IMG/VR virus record: IMGVR_UViG_3300037483_000699
Coordinates: 1-57,802 of that record
Length of the DNA stretch: 57,802 nucleotides
Origin: a virus
Direction: 5' to 3' (one strand)
Part shown: positions 22,940 through 31,095 of the stretch, one piece after another
Numbering within the stretch: position 1 is the first letter of the stretch
How the letters are laid out: the number at the start of each line of letters is the position of its first letter
The notes under the pieces: model-generated
The model's database searches: none
What the model was told of the DNA's origin: nothing
Seen by the model: the letters and a program-made list of their open reading frames with translations, nothing else
Position numbers and translations under genes: made by a program

Positions 22940-23172
22940 GGTACGTCCCTCCAAACGCCGTCGAAACCCTCGAACTCCGCTGGTGGACGGACCCAGACGG
23001 CAGAAACTCCCACGTCGCCTGCCGCACTTGCGGTCGGGAGATTGCATGCTGGTCCAGTTGGCAAAGCATGGTTTTCGCCGGTGCGGTTCGTTCCTTGGCG
23101 TCAATCGCCGCCACCGCCCACCTCATCTCCTCCCCCCGCTGCGCCATGCTCCGGATGCGTCGAAGACCATGA
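22936..23172 (+). CDS. Hypothetical protein (78 aa, GTG start)
   Basis: GTGA junction at 22936 within ORF 22906-23172. Confidence 0.45.
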   Translation: MRYVPPNAVETLELRWWTDPDGRNSHVACRTCGREIACWSSWQSMVFAGAVRSLASIAATAHLISSPRCAMLRMRRRP

Positions 23173-23393
23173 ACCCAACCACCACAGAGCTGCAGTTCGA
23201 CGCGAACATGCGCCAGATCCGGCGTGAGTTCATGCGCCGGCGCCGCTACTCGCTGAGCTGTTGGCTGGCGGTGAAGTATGGGCTGGCGAGCCGGTGGGAA
23301 CCTAGAGCGGGTTCGGGCCGCGGGCAACCGGAGTGCTACGACGACTTGCGGCTGATGGCTATCGTGGAGAGGAAGAGAAAGGCCAAGCCATGA
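23169..23393 (+). CDS. Hypothetical basic protein (74 aa)
   Basis: ATGA junction at 23169 within ORF 22983-23393. Confidence 0.5.
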   Translation: MNPTTTELQFDANMRQIRREFMRRRRYSLSCWLAVKYGLASRWEPRAGSGRGQPECYDDLRLMAIVERKRKAKP

Positions 23394-23578
23394 TTCTCCG
23401 CCTCCCCTTCCGCCTCCGCCTGGAGTTGTCCACTGTTAGCCGCTTCCCGGGCGCGGAGCGCAGGCCCCGGCTTCATCTGAGCGCCTCATGGAAGCGACAG
23501 TATGTAGCGGCTACCTTTGCCTGTGGCCGCCGCATCTTCTGGATTATCCTGAGCCGGGCGATTCGCCGCTTCTACTGA
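23390..23578 (+). CDS. Hypothetical Arg-rich protein (62 aa)
   Basis: ATGA junction. Third positions are GC-rich. Overlaps the tail of the antisense ORF. Confidence 0.35.
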   Translation: MILRLPFRLRLELSTVSRFPGAERRPRLHLSASWKRQYVAATFACGRRIFWIILSRAIRRFY

Positions 23579-23773
23579 CCTTGGGCCTAGATGGGAATGG
23601 GTAGGTGCAACCTGTCCGTTCTCTTTCTTCTTCCGCACCCTTCTCAGGGCGCTGCGCTCGGTGTTGACGAGGAAGCCCCAGCCGGCGCGGGTGGCCTTCG
23701 GGACGTTCGCGCCGAGGTTCTTGTCTGGCACTCGTGAGCTGTCCATTTTGTACGAGACGGGATCATAGCTCAT
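23486..23773 (-). CDS. Divergently transcribed hypothetical protein (95 aa), possible regulator
   Basis: ATG 23773 within ORF 23486-23899. Its own -35/-10 lies upstream. The N-terminal two thirds have GC-rich third positions. Confidence 0.45.
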   Translation of the reverse strand: MSYDPVSYKMDSSRVPDKNLGANVPKATRAGWGFLVNTERSALRRVRKKKENGQVAPTHSHLGPRSVEAANRPAQDNPEDAAATGKGSRYILSLP

Positions 23774-23782
23774 GTCAGCGGT

Positions 23783-23811
23783 AACATAATGCTTGCAAAA
23801 AAACGCGTCAA
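23783..23811 (-). promoter_or_regulatory. Candidate promoter of 23773 (minus strand)
   Basis: Minus strand reads TTGACG-17 nt-TATGTT-9 nt-ATG(23773). Interdigitated with the plus-strand promoter. Confidence 0.45.
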
Positions 23812-23821
23812 GGCGTAAAGG
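23793..23821 (+). promoter_or_regulatory. Candidate promoter (leaderless geometry) of 23828
   Basis: TTGCAA-17 nt-TAAAGG-6 nt-ATG(23828). Confidence 0.45.
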
Positions 23822-23827
23822 CACTCC

Positions 23828-24160
23828 ATGAAATACGCCGAAGCCGAAGCGAGACTCAGAGGAGTGGGCTCGACCTGCGACTGTCCTCATCCAACTCAAC
23901 AGAAACCGGAGGTTGAAAATCAGTTTCAGATTCAGTCCAGGCAGATGAACTCAATGCTTTCCGAATTGGAAAAGATTGTCATTGAGCTTGAGAAGTCTTT
24001 TTCCGGAGTCATTCGAGAGCGGGCAAATCCCCCACCCGACTCACCTGGAGAACCGGTGGAGAACCTCGTTCCTGTCGCCGAAATCGTGCGAGTGTGGACT
24101 GGAAGAGTCGAGAATTCGGTTCGCAACCTGCATTCCTTGAGAGAAAGAGTTGAAGTGTGA
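23828..24160 (+). CDS. Hypothetical coiled-coil protein (110 aa)
   Basis: ORF track. Confidence 0.55.
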   Translation: MKYAEAEARLRGVGSTCDCPHPTQQKPEVENQFQIQSRQMNSMLSELEKIVIELEKSFSGVIRERANPPPDSPGEPVENLVPVAEIVRVWTGRVENSVRNLHSLRERVEV

Positions 24161-24345
24161 GCAAACCCAAACGTCGCAAGTTCGGCCCGGCGGTGGCGAT
24201 GGGCCGACGTGGAGGCAAGGCCCGAGCGCGCGCGCTCACACCCGAACAGCGCAGGGCCATTTCACGTAAGGGCGCCAGGGTTCGGGAAGCCAGGAGAGTT
24301 AAGGATGACATTCTAAAACGAGTCCGAGATGTAGTCCTAATATGA
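24157..24345 (+). CDS. Small highly basic protein (62 aa), nucleic-acid-binding-like
   Basis: GRRGGKARARALTPEQRRAISRKGARVR. GTGA junction. Confidence 0.5.
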   Translation: MSKPKRRKFGPAVAMGRRGGKARARALTPEQRRAISRKGARVREARRVKDDILKRVRDVVLI

Positions 24346-24587
24346 CTGACGGCTACCGCCAGACTCTTCGGGTAGGTGAGTACGCGCATCCTGACACCGG
24401 GACGCTCTTTTTCTTCTGCGACGAGTGCGGGAGAACGATTGGCCAGATGACACAGTGCGAGGTAGCACTCAAACCAGATAAAGCCGTGCTCCGAATACAT
24501 CGCCAGATGGATGAACACGCCATAACCCATCCTGAATGCCAGAACGCCAATCCGAAATCTAACTCGGTGAACGCCACGCAACCATGA
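24342..24587 (+). CDS. Hypothetical Cys/His protein (81 aa)
   Basis: ORF track, ATGA junction. Confidence 0.55.
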   Translation: MTDGYRQTLRVGEYAHPDTGTLFFFCDECGRTIGQMTQCEVALKPDKAVLRIHRQMDEHAITHPECQNANPKSNSVNATQP

Positions 24588-24763
24588 AAACCCAAATCCC
24601 TCTCGCCCTCCTCATGGCCAGTGCGTCCGCGCTGGTGGTTGGCCTTTCCATCACGTGTGCCTCCACCTACGGAATGAAGGCGCTCGGCCATGCCGTCGTG
24701 TACGCTGGCGGGTGCCTGTTCCTCGCCGCCGCGCTGTGCGCTTGGTTCTGGAGGGAGCGATGA
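24584..24763 (+). CDS. Small two-TM membrane protein (59 aa, not in the ORF track)
   Basis: Hand translation: MKTQIPLALLMASASALVVGLSIT...VVYAGGCLFLAAALCAWFW. ATGA junctions at both ends. Confidence 0.5.
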   Translation: MKTQIPLALLMASASALVVGLSITCASTYGMKALGHAVVYAGGCLFLAAALCAWFWRER

Positions 24764-24969
24764 AGCCAATACGCCTGTGGTGTACCATCTCGGCGGTTGA
24801 GAATGGCTGGTTGGTCTGCACAGAACCTCCAACGTGCGGTCCAGAAGTGTATCGTACCAACACAATGCACGTCTTCACCAACGTCGCAGACTTGGCCAAC
24901 TGGGTTCAACAGCACTTCGGACGGGAAAAACCTCAAAGTAACGAAGTGGGGGAAGTAGTGGGAATATGA
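24760..24969 (+). CDS. Hypothetical protein (69 aa)
   Basis: ATG 24760 within ORF 24655-24969. Confidence 0.5.
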   Translation: MKPIRLWCTISAVENGWLVCTEPPTCGPEVYRTNTMHVFTNVADLANWVQQHFGREKPQSNEVGEVVGI

Positions 24970-25265
24970 CTGACGAACTTCGCGCTATTGGCTGGAGCAT
25001 CCTCGTCATCGAGGACAGGCCCGTCGAGAAGACGGGCTCCGGCATCGAGCTTGCCCAGATGTCCCGGCTCCCGCCTTGCACTGGCCGTGTTTTCAGCATC
25101 GGAGCCGAGGCGAAGAAGGAACACCCGGAGATTCATGTTGGGGCGCGGCTTCACTTCAAGCCATTTGGCGGGCGGGCAATCGAATGGCGCGAACTCAAGT
25201 TTCGCGTGCTTGGCCGCGAGGACACACTGGCGCTCGTAGAAAACACCACCACACAAACACCATGA
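24966..25265 (+). CDS. GroES/Cpn10-like co-chaperonin (99 aa)
   Basis: Pattern ILVIEDRPVEKTGSGIEL...GRVFSIG...VGARLHF..FGG.....E.....LGREDTLALVE matches the GroES fold signature. Confidence 0.6.
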   Translation: MTDELRAIGWSILVIEDRPVEKTGSGIELAQMSRLPPCTGRVFSIGAEAKKEHPEIHVGARLHFKPFGGRAIEWRELKFRVLGREDTLALVENTTTQTP

Positions 25266-25516
25266 ACAAAACCTGCAAGAACTGTTCGCATTGGGACGAC
25301 ATGATAAAGAGAATCGCAGGCCTTGGATCGCCAACGATTGCAGAGATTGAATCTCTTGTAGATCAATCATACCACAAGGTCCAACTTGGACTTTGCCGTT
25401 TCAATCCACCGAGTTCATGCGGATTCCCGCAAACGAGAGAGGACGACTGGTGCGGTGGGTTTCGCGAAATAAGCAAAGGTGACTGGGTGGTTGAGAGTAC
25501 GTCGCCTACCGCGTAG
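25262..25516 (+). CDS. Cys-rich small protein (84 aa)
   Basis: ATGA junction at 25262. Motifs CKNCSHW...C...C...CGGF. Confidence 0.5.
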   Translation: MNKTCKNCSHWDDMIKRIAGLGSPTIAEIESLVDQSYHKVQLGLCRFNPPSSCGFPQTREDDWCGGFREISKGDWVVESTSPTA

Positions 25517-25519
25517 AGT
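25491..25519 (+). promoter_or_regulatory. Candidate promoter (leaderless geometry) of the tail-fibre gene
   Basis: TTGAGA-17 nt-TAGAGT-6 nt-GTG(25526). Confidence 0.45.
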
Positions 25520-25525
25520 TGAGCC

Positions 25526-27376
25526 GTGATCATTCAAGGCTCAACGACGATTTTCCAGCAGATCAGCGAGATTCGCCGCAAGCTCGGGCTCGTTCCGGTT
25601 CCCGTAGGAGGCGCGGCGGGTGAAGTCCTAACCAAGCTCTCCGGTGCGGATTACGATTTCGACTGGGTTGCGATTCTGGGCGGCATTATTCTTCCCGGCC
25701 GCGGCATCGTATTCAGCGGCGGAAACACCGTCAACTTCGCCCAGGCGGCCGCGTACACGCCAGGAGCCATCCCGTTCGCCACTGGGGCCGCGACGATGGG
25801 CTTCGACGCCGCCAACCTGTTCTGGGATGACACCAACAATTACCTCGGCGTTGGCATTGTGGCTCCGGCGGCCGACGTTCACGTCTTCCGGGCGTACAAT
25901 GATGCTCTGGCCCACCAGACGCTCTACGCCAATCTGACGACTTCAACAGTAGGCGGTGCAAAGCGGGCGTTTCTGTCGATCCTGGAGGGCACCACCGGGG
26001 CCGCCTTGGTGAATGTCGGACTGAACAGCGGCGGTGTGATGCAGTGCCTTTTCAGCGGGTCTGGTAATGCGACGGGCTTTATCCGCTATACCGGTCTGGA
26101 GGTGTACCACGGAAAGTCCGCGGCGGGCACCGGGAACATGGATTACTCGGTTGGACTGTACGTCCAGGGGGTAAACCTGAATGCGGTCGGGACCATCGGC
26201 GAAACGCGGGACATCTTCATCCCAACGCCGGCCACGACTGGCCCGATCACGCTCAATTACCCGATCTTCCAGCAGAATCCCACGGGCATCAATTTCATCG
26301 CTGGTTTCGTCAACCTGAACCTGATGACCCTGGGTTCTGTGCTGTTCACCGGAGCATCTGGTCGCATCACCCAGGACAACGCGAATCTGTTCTGGGATGA
26401 CACGAATAACCGGTTGGGCATCGGCAACACCGCCCCGGGCGCGCGGCTGGAGGTGCGCGGGGCGACGGGGGACACCCTCCGCCTGAGCAATGCCGCCGGT
26501 CTCTGGTACCAGATGGGCCGCAACACGGTCACGGGCTTTCTCGACTTCAAGGGCACGCAGGCCGGCTTCACCGGCTACGATTTCATCTCCGATGACGGCA
26601 CCCATCTGCTGACGATCATTGATAACGGCAGCGTGCAGGGCATCATCGCGACGGCGCTAAATTACTGGGCCGGTTTCAGCGCCTTCGGCTCAACTGCTTC
26701 GGTCAATACGACCTTCGCCCTGTTCGGCGCCTCCACGGCGGCGATTGCCTCCCAGCGCATCCTCCGCGGCTCGGCCGACTACGCCGGCACCGTTGAGGGC
26801 GATCTCTGGAACGATTTCACCCGCCATTGTCTGACGGCCTACATCGCCGGGGTGAAGCAGTTCGACAAGCGAACGATGTTCGTCCAGACGGCCGATCAGG
26901 TGATTGCCAACACGAACGTTGAGACAACGCTATTTGGGGCTGGCATCGGTACGCTGACGATGCCCGCCAACTTCCTCACCGTCGGCAAGACGGTGAAGAT
27001 TGAGATTCACGGCCACTTCGAGAACACCGCGCCGGCGCCCACGCTCCAAATTCGCTTCTACGCCGGGGCCACCCTCTTGATGGACACGGGAGCGGTGGTC
27101 ACACCCATCTTCACCGGGTCCGAGCACTTTTTCATCACCGCTTGGATCACTTGCCAGTCCACGGGTGCCGGCGGAAACTCAGCGTCGCAACTCTTCGTGC
27201 TGTCGCACGTTGGCGCGTCGGGAGCGGGCACCATCTTCATGCCGGAAGCTGTCCCCATCGTCGCTGGCCTTGACACCACGATTGCCAAGGCGCTGAACGT
27301 GACCGCACAGTGGGGCACGGCTGATGCCGCCAATATCATCGACTGCCACCTTGCCACCGTTGAAATCTGCGCCTGA
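25526..27376 (+). CDS. Tail fibre protein (616 aa)
   Basis: The motif ANLFWDDTNN(Y/R)LG(V/I)G..AP.A...V occurs twice. G/T/A/N-rich beta-rich composition. Confidence 0.6.
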   Translation: MIIQGSTTIFQQISEIRRKLGLVPVPVGGAAGEVLTKLSGADYDFDWVAILGGIILPGRGIVFSGGNTVNFAQAAAYTPGAIPFATGAATMGFDAANLFWDDTNNYLGVGIVAPAADVHVFRAYNDALAHQTLYANLTTSTVGGAKRAFLSILEGTTGAALVNVGLNSGGVMQCLFSGSGNATGFIRYTGLEVYHGKSAAGTGNMDYSVGLYVQGVNLNAVGTIGETRDIFIPTPATTGPITLNYPIFQQNPTGINFIAGFVNLNLMTLGSVLFTGASGRITQDNANLFWDDTNNRLGIGNTAPGARLEVRGATGDTLRLSNAAGLWYQMGRNTVTGFLDFKGTQAGFTGYDFISDDGTHLLTIIDNGSVQGIIATALNYWAGFSAFGSTASVNTTFALFGASTAAIASQRILRGSADYAGTVEGDLWNDFTRHCLTAYIAGVKQFDKRTMFVQTADQVIANTNVETTLFGAGIGTLTMPANFLTVGKTVKIEIHGHFENTAPAPTLQIRFYAGATLLMDTGAVVTPIFTGSEHFFITAWITCQSTGAGGNSASQLFVLSHVGASGAGTIFMPEAVPIVAGLDTTIAKALNVTAQWGTADAANIIDCHLATVEICA

Positions 27377-27392
27377 ACCATGAAACCAGAGT

Positions 27393-27416
27393 CGCCCCGA
27401 GTAATCACGCGGGGCG
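27393..27416 (+). terminator. Hairpin after the tail-fibre gene (7-bp GC stem, no U-tract)
   Basis: CGCCCCG-10 nt-CGGGGCG, 17 nt after the stop codon. Confidence 0.3.
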
Positions 27417-27442
27417 CGGATTGAAACTGAACCACCACCACC

Positions 27443-27871
27443 ATGAACTTGCCAACATCCGCCATCAGACTCCCGATCCAACCCAAGGCCGCCATTCAAG
27501 CCAAGGCCAACAATGTCTTCCGCAGCACGCTCCAGAAATTCGAGATGCGTGTGCCAAACTCGGAGAAAATTGACACCCCGCCGCTGTTCTGTTCGGCGTG
27601 CGGGAAGAACATGCAGAATCCGAGGACGGGCACCAACGTCGTTGGCGTCTCGTTCAAGTTCGTCGCCGACAACCCGCTCGATGCGCCTTTCCTCCAGGAG
27701 CAGATTGCGCCCTACGATTCGGCGAAGACCTACTACGCCTGCTACGGCTGCTGGCTTCTTGCGCTGGGGTTCAAGTACGAACCGCAGGCGGAAGCGGTGA
27801 TTCCGGACATGTCCGCTGTCTCGCCGGCAGCGCCCGTCGCCGAACTTGACTTCGCTCCCGACGCACCGTGA
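27443..27871 (+). CDS. Hypothetical protein (142 aa), possible fibre accessory protein
   Basis: ORF track. ACCACCACC-ATGAAC context. Motifs CSACG...CYGC. Confidence 0.55.
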   Translation: MNLPTSAIRLPIQPKAAIQAKANNVFRSTLQKFEMRVPNSEKIDTPPLFCSACGKNMQNPRTGTNVVGVSFKFVADNPLDAPFLQEQIAPYDSAKTYYACYGCWLLALGFKYEPQAEAVIPDMSAVSPAAPVAELDFAPDAP

Positions 27872-28377
27872 AACCAAACCATGAACCCTACGAACGCTGT
27901 AACTGTGGAAGTGGAAAGGCGTTCAAATTCTGTTGCCGCACCCAAACCAAATCCATGAAAATTCGACGACTCACCTGCATCGAACTCCTCCAAACCCTCC
28001 GCAACCTCGACGGTGTGACCGTCAACGGACAGGTCCAAGCCTTCAAGTTTGAGCCCGCCGTCATCGAGAAGTTCCTGGAGAACATTCTCGTACTCCGGAA
28101 AATCAAGGAGGACGCCGACGTTTACAGCGACGAGCTGAAGAAGAAGCTCTCCGGGAACACACCGATGCAACCTGCCCACCCGCGCTTCGCCGAGTTCCAG
28201 GAGATGATGGGAAGCTGGCTTGCGGTTCACATTGACATGAATCTGATGCTTCTCACCAGGGACGACCTCAACCTCAAGGATAACCGCATCCCGATCACTT
28301 TCCGGGAGTGCCTGCTTCCGATCATGGCACCTGCCACTGCCACGCCGATTGTCCTACCGGCACCGAAGGAATTATGA
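27868..28377 (+). CDS. Protein with an N-terminal SEC-C-type metal-binding motif (169 aa)
   Basis: CNCGSGKAFKFCC at residues 11-23. GTGA junction. Confidence 0.55.
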   Translation: MKPNHEPYERCNCGSGKAFKFCCRTQTKSMKIRRLTCIELLQTLRNLDGVTVNGQVQAFKFEPAVIEKFLENILVLRKIKEDADVYSDELKKKLSGNTPMQPAHPRFAEFQEMMGSWLAVHIDMNLMLLTRDDLNLKDNRIPITFRECLLPIMAPATATPIVLPAPKEL

Positions 28378-28640
28378 GCCTCACCGAACTCAAACCTGGA
28401 ATGCTGTTTGACGTGGTAGGACCAGAGGACCCCATTACCCCAAATGGCGTGTGGCGGCTTCTCTTTCAAGCTCGGGAAGGCGATTTGCATTCTAACGGAC
28501 CTGAACCGATTCATGCCAATCGTGGGAACCTGTGGTACTGCCACCCGGTTGGGAAGTCGTTCATCCAACTCATTTGCTTCGATCAGGCTTGGGACAATGA
28601 AGCGTACTACCACTTCAGACTTCCTCCAACCACCGCTTGA
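28374..28640 (+). CDS. Hypothetical protein (88 aa)
   Basis: ATGA junction at 28374 within ORF 28308-28640. Confidence 0.5.
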   Translation: MSLTELKPGMLFDVVGPEDPITPNGVWRLLFQAREGDLHSNGPEPIHANRGNLWYCHPVGKSFIQLICFDQAWDNEAYYHFRLPPTTA

Positions 28641-28666
28641 ATAATAGGTCGTTGTCGGCGTAGAGT
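28637..28666 (+). promoter_or_regulatory. Candidate promoter (leaderless geometry) of 28673
   Basis: TTGAAT-18 nt-TAGAGT-6 nt-ATG(28673). Confidence 0.45.
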
Positions 28667-28672
28667 GGCGGC

Positions 28673-30592
28673 ATGGCAAATGGCGCGGGCCGCTTAACCG
28701 ATGGTCAACTCGGGTGGAGACAGGGCGTCTTTTCTGATCTTCCCCGGACGAAAGTCGTCCGTTACGACACGGAGGCTGCTCGCACGGGCGCCACGCCGCC
28801 TTTGACTGACGGTGTTCCGCAAAACGGTTTGTCGTGGGCCATCAACTGTTCCATGCGCGGTGGTGGCATCGGCCAACGCTTCACGATGCACCCAGTTGTC
28901 CAGGGGGCCAACTGGTCCGGGCTCTACCAGGGCGGCATGATGTACCAGCCCGACGCCACGGACCCAATCCTCATCCTCGCCATCGGCGGCAACCTGTATC
29001 GCGTTCGGGTGGACACCGACAACTCTGTCACCGACCTCACCGCTGCCTACGGCCCCGGCATTCCTCCGGCGCAGGAGTTCTGCTACTTCCGACAAGCCGA
29101 GATGTTCGGCGTGATCCAGATTGGCGATCTTATCACGAAACCACTCTTCTACGACTTTGGCGTCCAGGGCCTCCGAAGCGAAAGTCTGCGGGTGTCCAAT
29201 GGGTTTCTTGGAATCGCAAACCCGCTCAATGAAATACCACCTGCCGGTCCGATGGCCTTCCACTCGCAGCGCCTCTGGTACGCCTTCGGCCGGAAGTACG
29301 CCGCCGGGGACATAGTGGCCAACACGGCCAGCGGCACCGCCGGGCTGGTGTGGCAATTCCGAGATTCGGTCATCAAGGTGACGGAGAACTCGGTTGCTTA
29401 CGGCGGGGACGCCTTCGTGGTGCCGACGATGGCCGGCAACATCCGTGGTTTCGGAACGGCGGCCAATCTCAACAGCACCTTGGGCGAGGCGGACTTGAAC
29501 ATCTTCACCCGCCGGTCCGTGTACGCCATGTCGGCGCCTATCACGCGCGAGGACTGGACGGCCGCCACCCTGAACATCATGCCGCTCCAGAAGGTTGCTC
29601 TGGCCAAGGGAGGGGCCTACGGCGACCGGTGCATCGTTCCGGTCAATACGGACCTGTTCTACTCCGGCCCTCCCAACGGCGACATCCGGAGCATCCGCAC
29701 GGCGGTCCGCGATACGGATACCTGGGGAAGCGTGCCACTGTCGAATGCCATCGACCGCCTGCTCGCATTCAACGACCGGAGCATGCTCTACGCCTCCAGC
29801 GGCATTCAGTTCGACAACCGGCTTTACATGACGATGATGCCCAAGGCGACGCCGGCCGGCGTCGGATTCCAGACCATCGCAACCCTCGACTTCGACACCA
29901 TCTCAGAGTTCAGCGGGCGCGAGGAGCAGGAGAAGACGCCGGCGTGGGAAGGCGTCCAGGATTTCTCTGGTGGCCCCAGCATCCTCCAGCTTTTCGAGGG
30001 TGACTTCGGCGGGCGCGAGCGGGCCTTTGCCGTCGTCTGGAGCGATCTCCGTAGCCAGATCGAGATTTGGGAATTGCGCCCGGACCTCAGGTTCGACAAC
30101 GGAGAGAACCGAGTCATTCGCGTCATCGAGTTCCCGGCCTACAGCTTCGGCACGCCCTGGCTGCTCAAGGAACTCGATTCTGGCGAGTTGTGGATCGACA
30201 AGCTGCTCGGCACCGTCAACTTCGAGGTGTACTACCGGCCCGACTCCTACGCCTGCTGGCAGCGTTGGCACGCCTTCCAGCGGTGCGCCGCGAAAGACTG
30301 CCGCGAGGACATCGACAATCCATGTTTCGATGACGGCTACCCGGCAGAGCCATTCTGCGAGCAGGATGCCATCCCGATCTCGTTGCCTCGCCCTGGCACG
30401 GTCGGTTGCGCTCCGCTCAACGGCCGACCTCCGACGTGGGGATTCCAGTTCCAGGTCAAATTGGTGATTCAAGGTTGGTGCCGCGTCCGGGGCCTCCTTC
30501 TCCATGCGTGGCCGCGCGGCGACCGGCCCTACGCAGGAATGGTTTGCTCCAAGGAACCGTTCACGATTGGTAAAATCGGCGACCTCCAATAG
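28673..30592 (+). CDS. Large virion structural protein (639 aa), tail/nozzle candidate
   Basis: Size and position in the tail module. No motif recognised by eye. Confidence 0.55.
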   Translation: MANGAGRLTDGQLGWRQGVFSDLPRTKVVRYDTEAARTGATPPLTDGVPQNGLSWAINCSMRGGGIGQRFTMHPVVQGANWSGLYQGGMMYQPDATDPILILAIGGNLYRVRVDTDNSVTDLTAAYGPGIPPAQEFCYFRQAEMFGVIQIGDLITKPLFYDFGVQGLRSESLRVSNGFLGIANPLNEIPPAGPMAFHSQRLWYAFGRKYAAGDIVANTASGTAGLVWQFRDSVIKVTENSVAYGGDAFVVPTMAGNIRGFGTAANLNSTLGEADLNIFTRRSVYAMSAPITREDWTAATLNIMPLQKVALAKGGAYGDRCIVPVNTDLFYSGPPNGDIRSIRTAVRDTDTWGSVPLSNAIDRLLAFNDRSMLYASSGIQFDNRLYMTMMPKATPAGVGFQTIATLDFDTISEFSGREEQEKTPAWEGVQDFSGGPSILQLFEGDFGGRERAFAVVWSDLRSQIEIWELRPDLRFDNGENRVIRVIEFPAYSFGTPWLLKELDSGELWIDKLLGTVNFEVYYRPDSYACWQRWHAFQRCAAKDCREDIDNPCFDDGYPAEPFCEQDAIPISLPRPGTVGCAPLNGRPPTWGFQFQVKLVIQGWCRVRGLLLHAWPRGDRPYAGMVCSKEPFTIGKIGDLQ

Positions 30593-30612
30593 CCATGCCA
30601 TATTCCGAAAAC

Positions 30613-31095
30613 TCAATCGAATTGCCTTCTCAAGTGGTGGGCTATTCTACTGATGGTAGATTGATTCACGTTGAACTTTCGAGCAAGGTGAGTTTGGCTT
30701 TCAGTGTGGAACGTGACAGCTTCTCGTATCAGCGCAACCTCAACACGCGAAAGCTTGCATTCGGAATGGAGTTCTCCTCTGGGTGTGTTGGCTCTCCCTT
30801 TGCGAATCTTATCCACCATGTTGTCGCGCGGAGTCCCCAAAAAGAGGTGATTCGGATTGCAACAAGGAGGATTATCGCAGTGGTGAAGTACAAACATTCC
30901 TGTCGGGATTGGACCTCTGAAAAACATCCAGGCGACACGATGCGCGGGCACCCTACTCCCGTCAATGCGCATAGATCCGTACCCGCCGTTCTGAACTCTC
31001 TTGATCGGCCAGCATTCCGCTTCGGAAGCAACAGAAATCTTGGACAGGAAGGACGCAAGGGTAACAGGTTTAACAGGTCTCATTGGCATAATCAT
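30613..31095 (-). CDS. HNH homing endonuclease, paralog of 796-1305 (leaderless start possibly at 31083)
   Basis: GYG..AHRVAW..GPIPTGMFVLHHCDNPPCCNPNHLFLGTPRDN. C-terminal HTH-like NQSTISRI. Low-GC island. Confidence 0.8.
   Translation of the reverse strand: MIMPMRPVKPVTLASFLSKISVASEAECWPIKRVQNGGYGSMRIDGSRVPAHRVAWMFFRGPIPTGMFVLHHCDNPPCCNPNHLFLGTPRDNMVDKIRKGRANTPRGELHSECKLSRVEVALIREAVTFHTESQTHLARKFNVNQSTISRIAHHLRRQFD

Noticed and set aside
25526-27376. Diversity-generating retroelement targeting the tail fibre
   Set aside because: The internal repeat (ANLFWDDTNN.LG.G) is a protein motif duplication. I found no reverse transcriptase gene and no template-repeat copy elsewhere.
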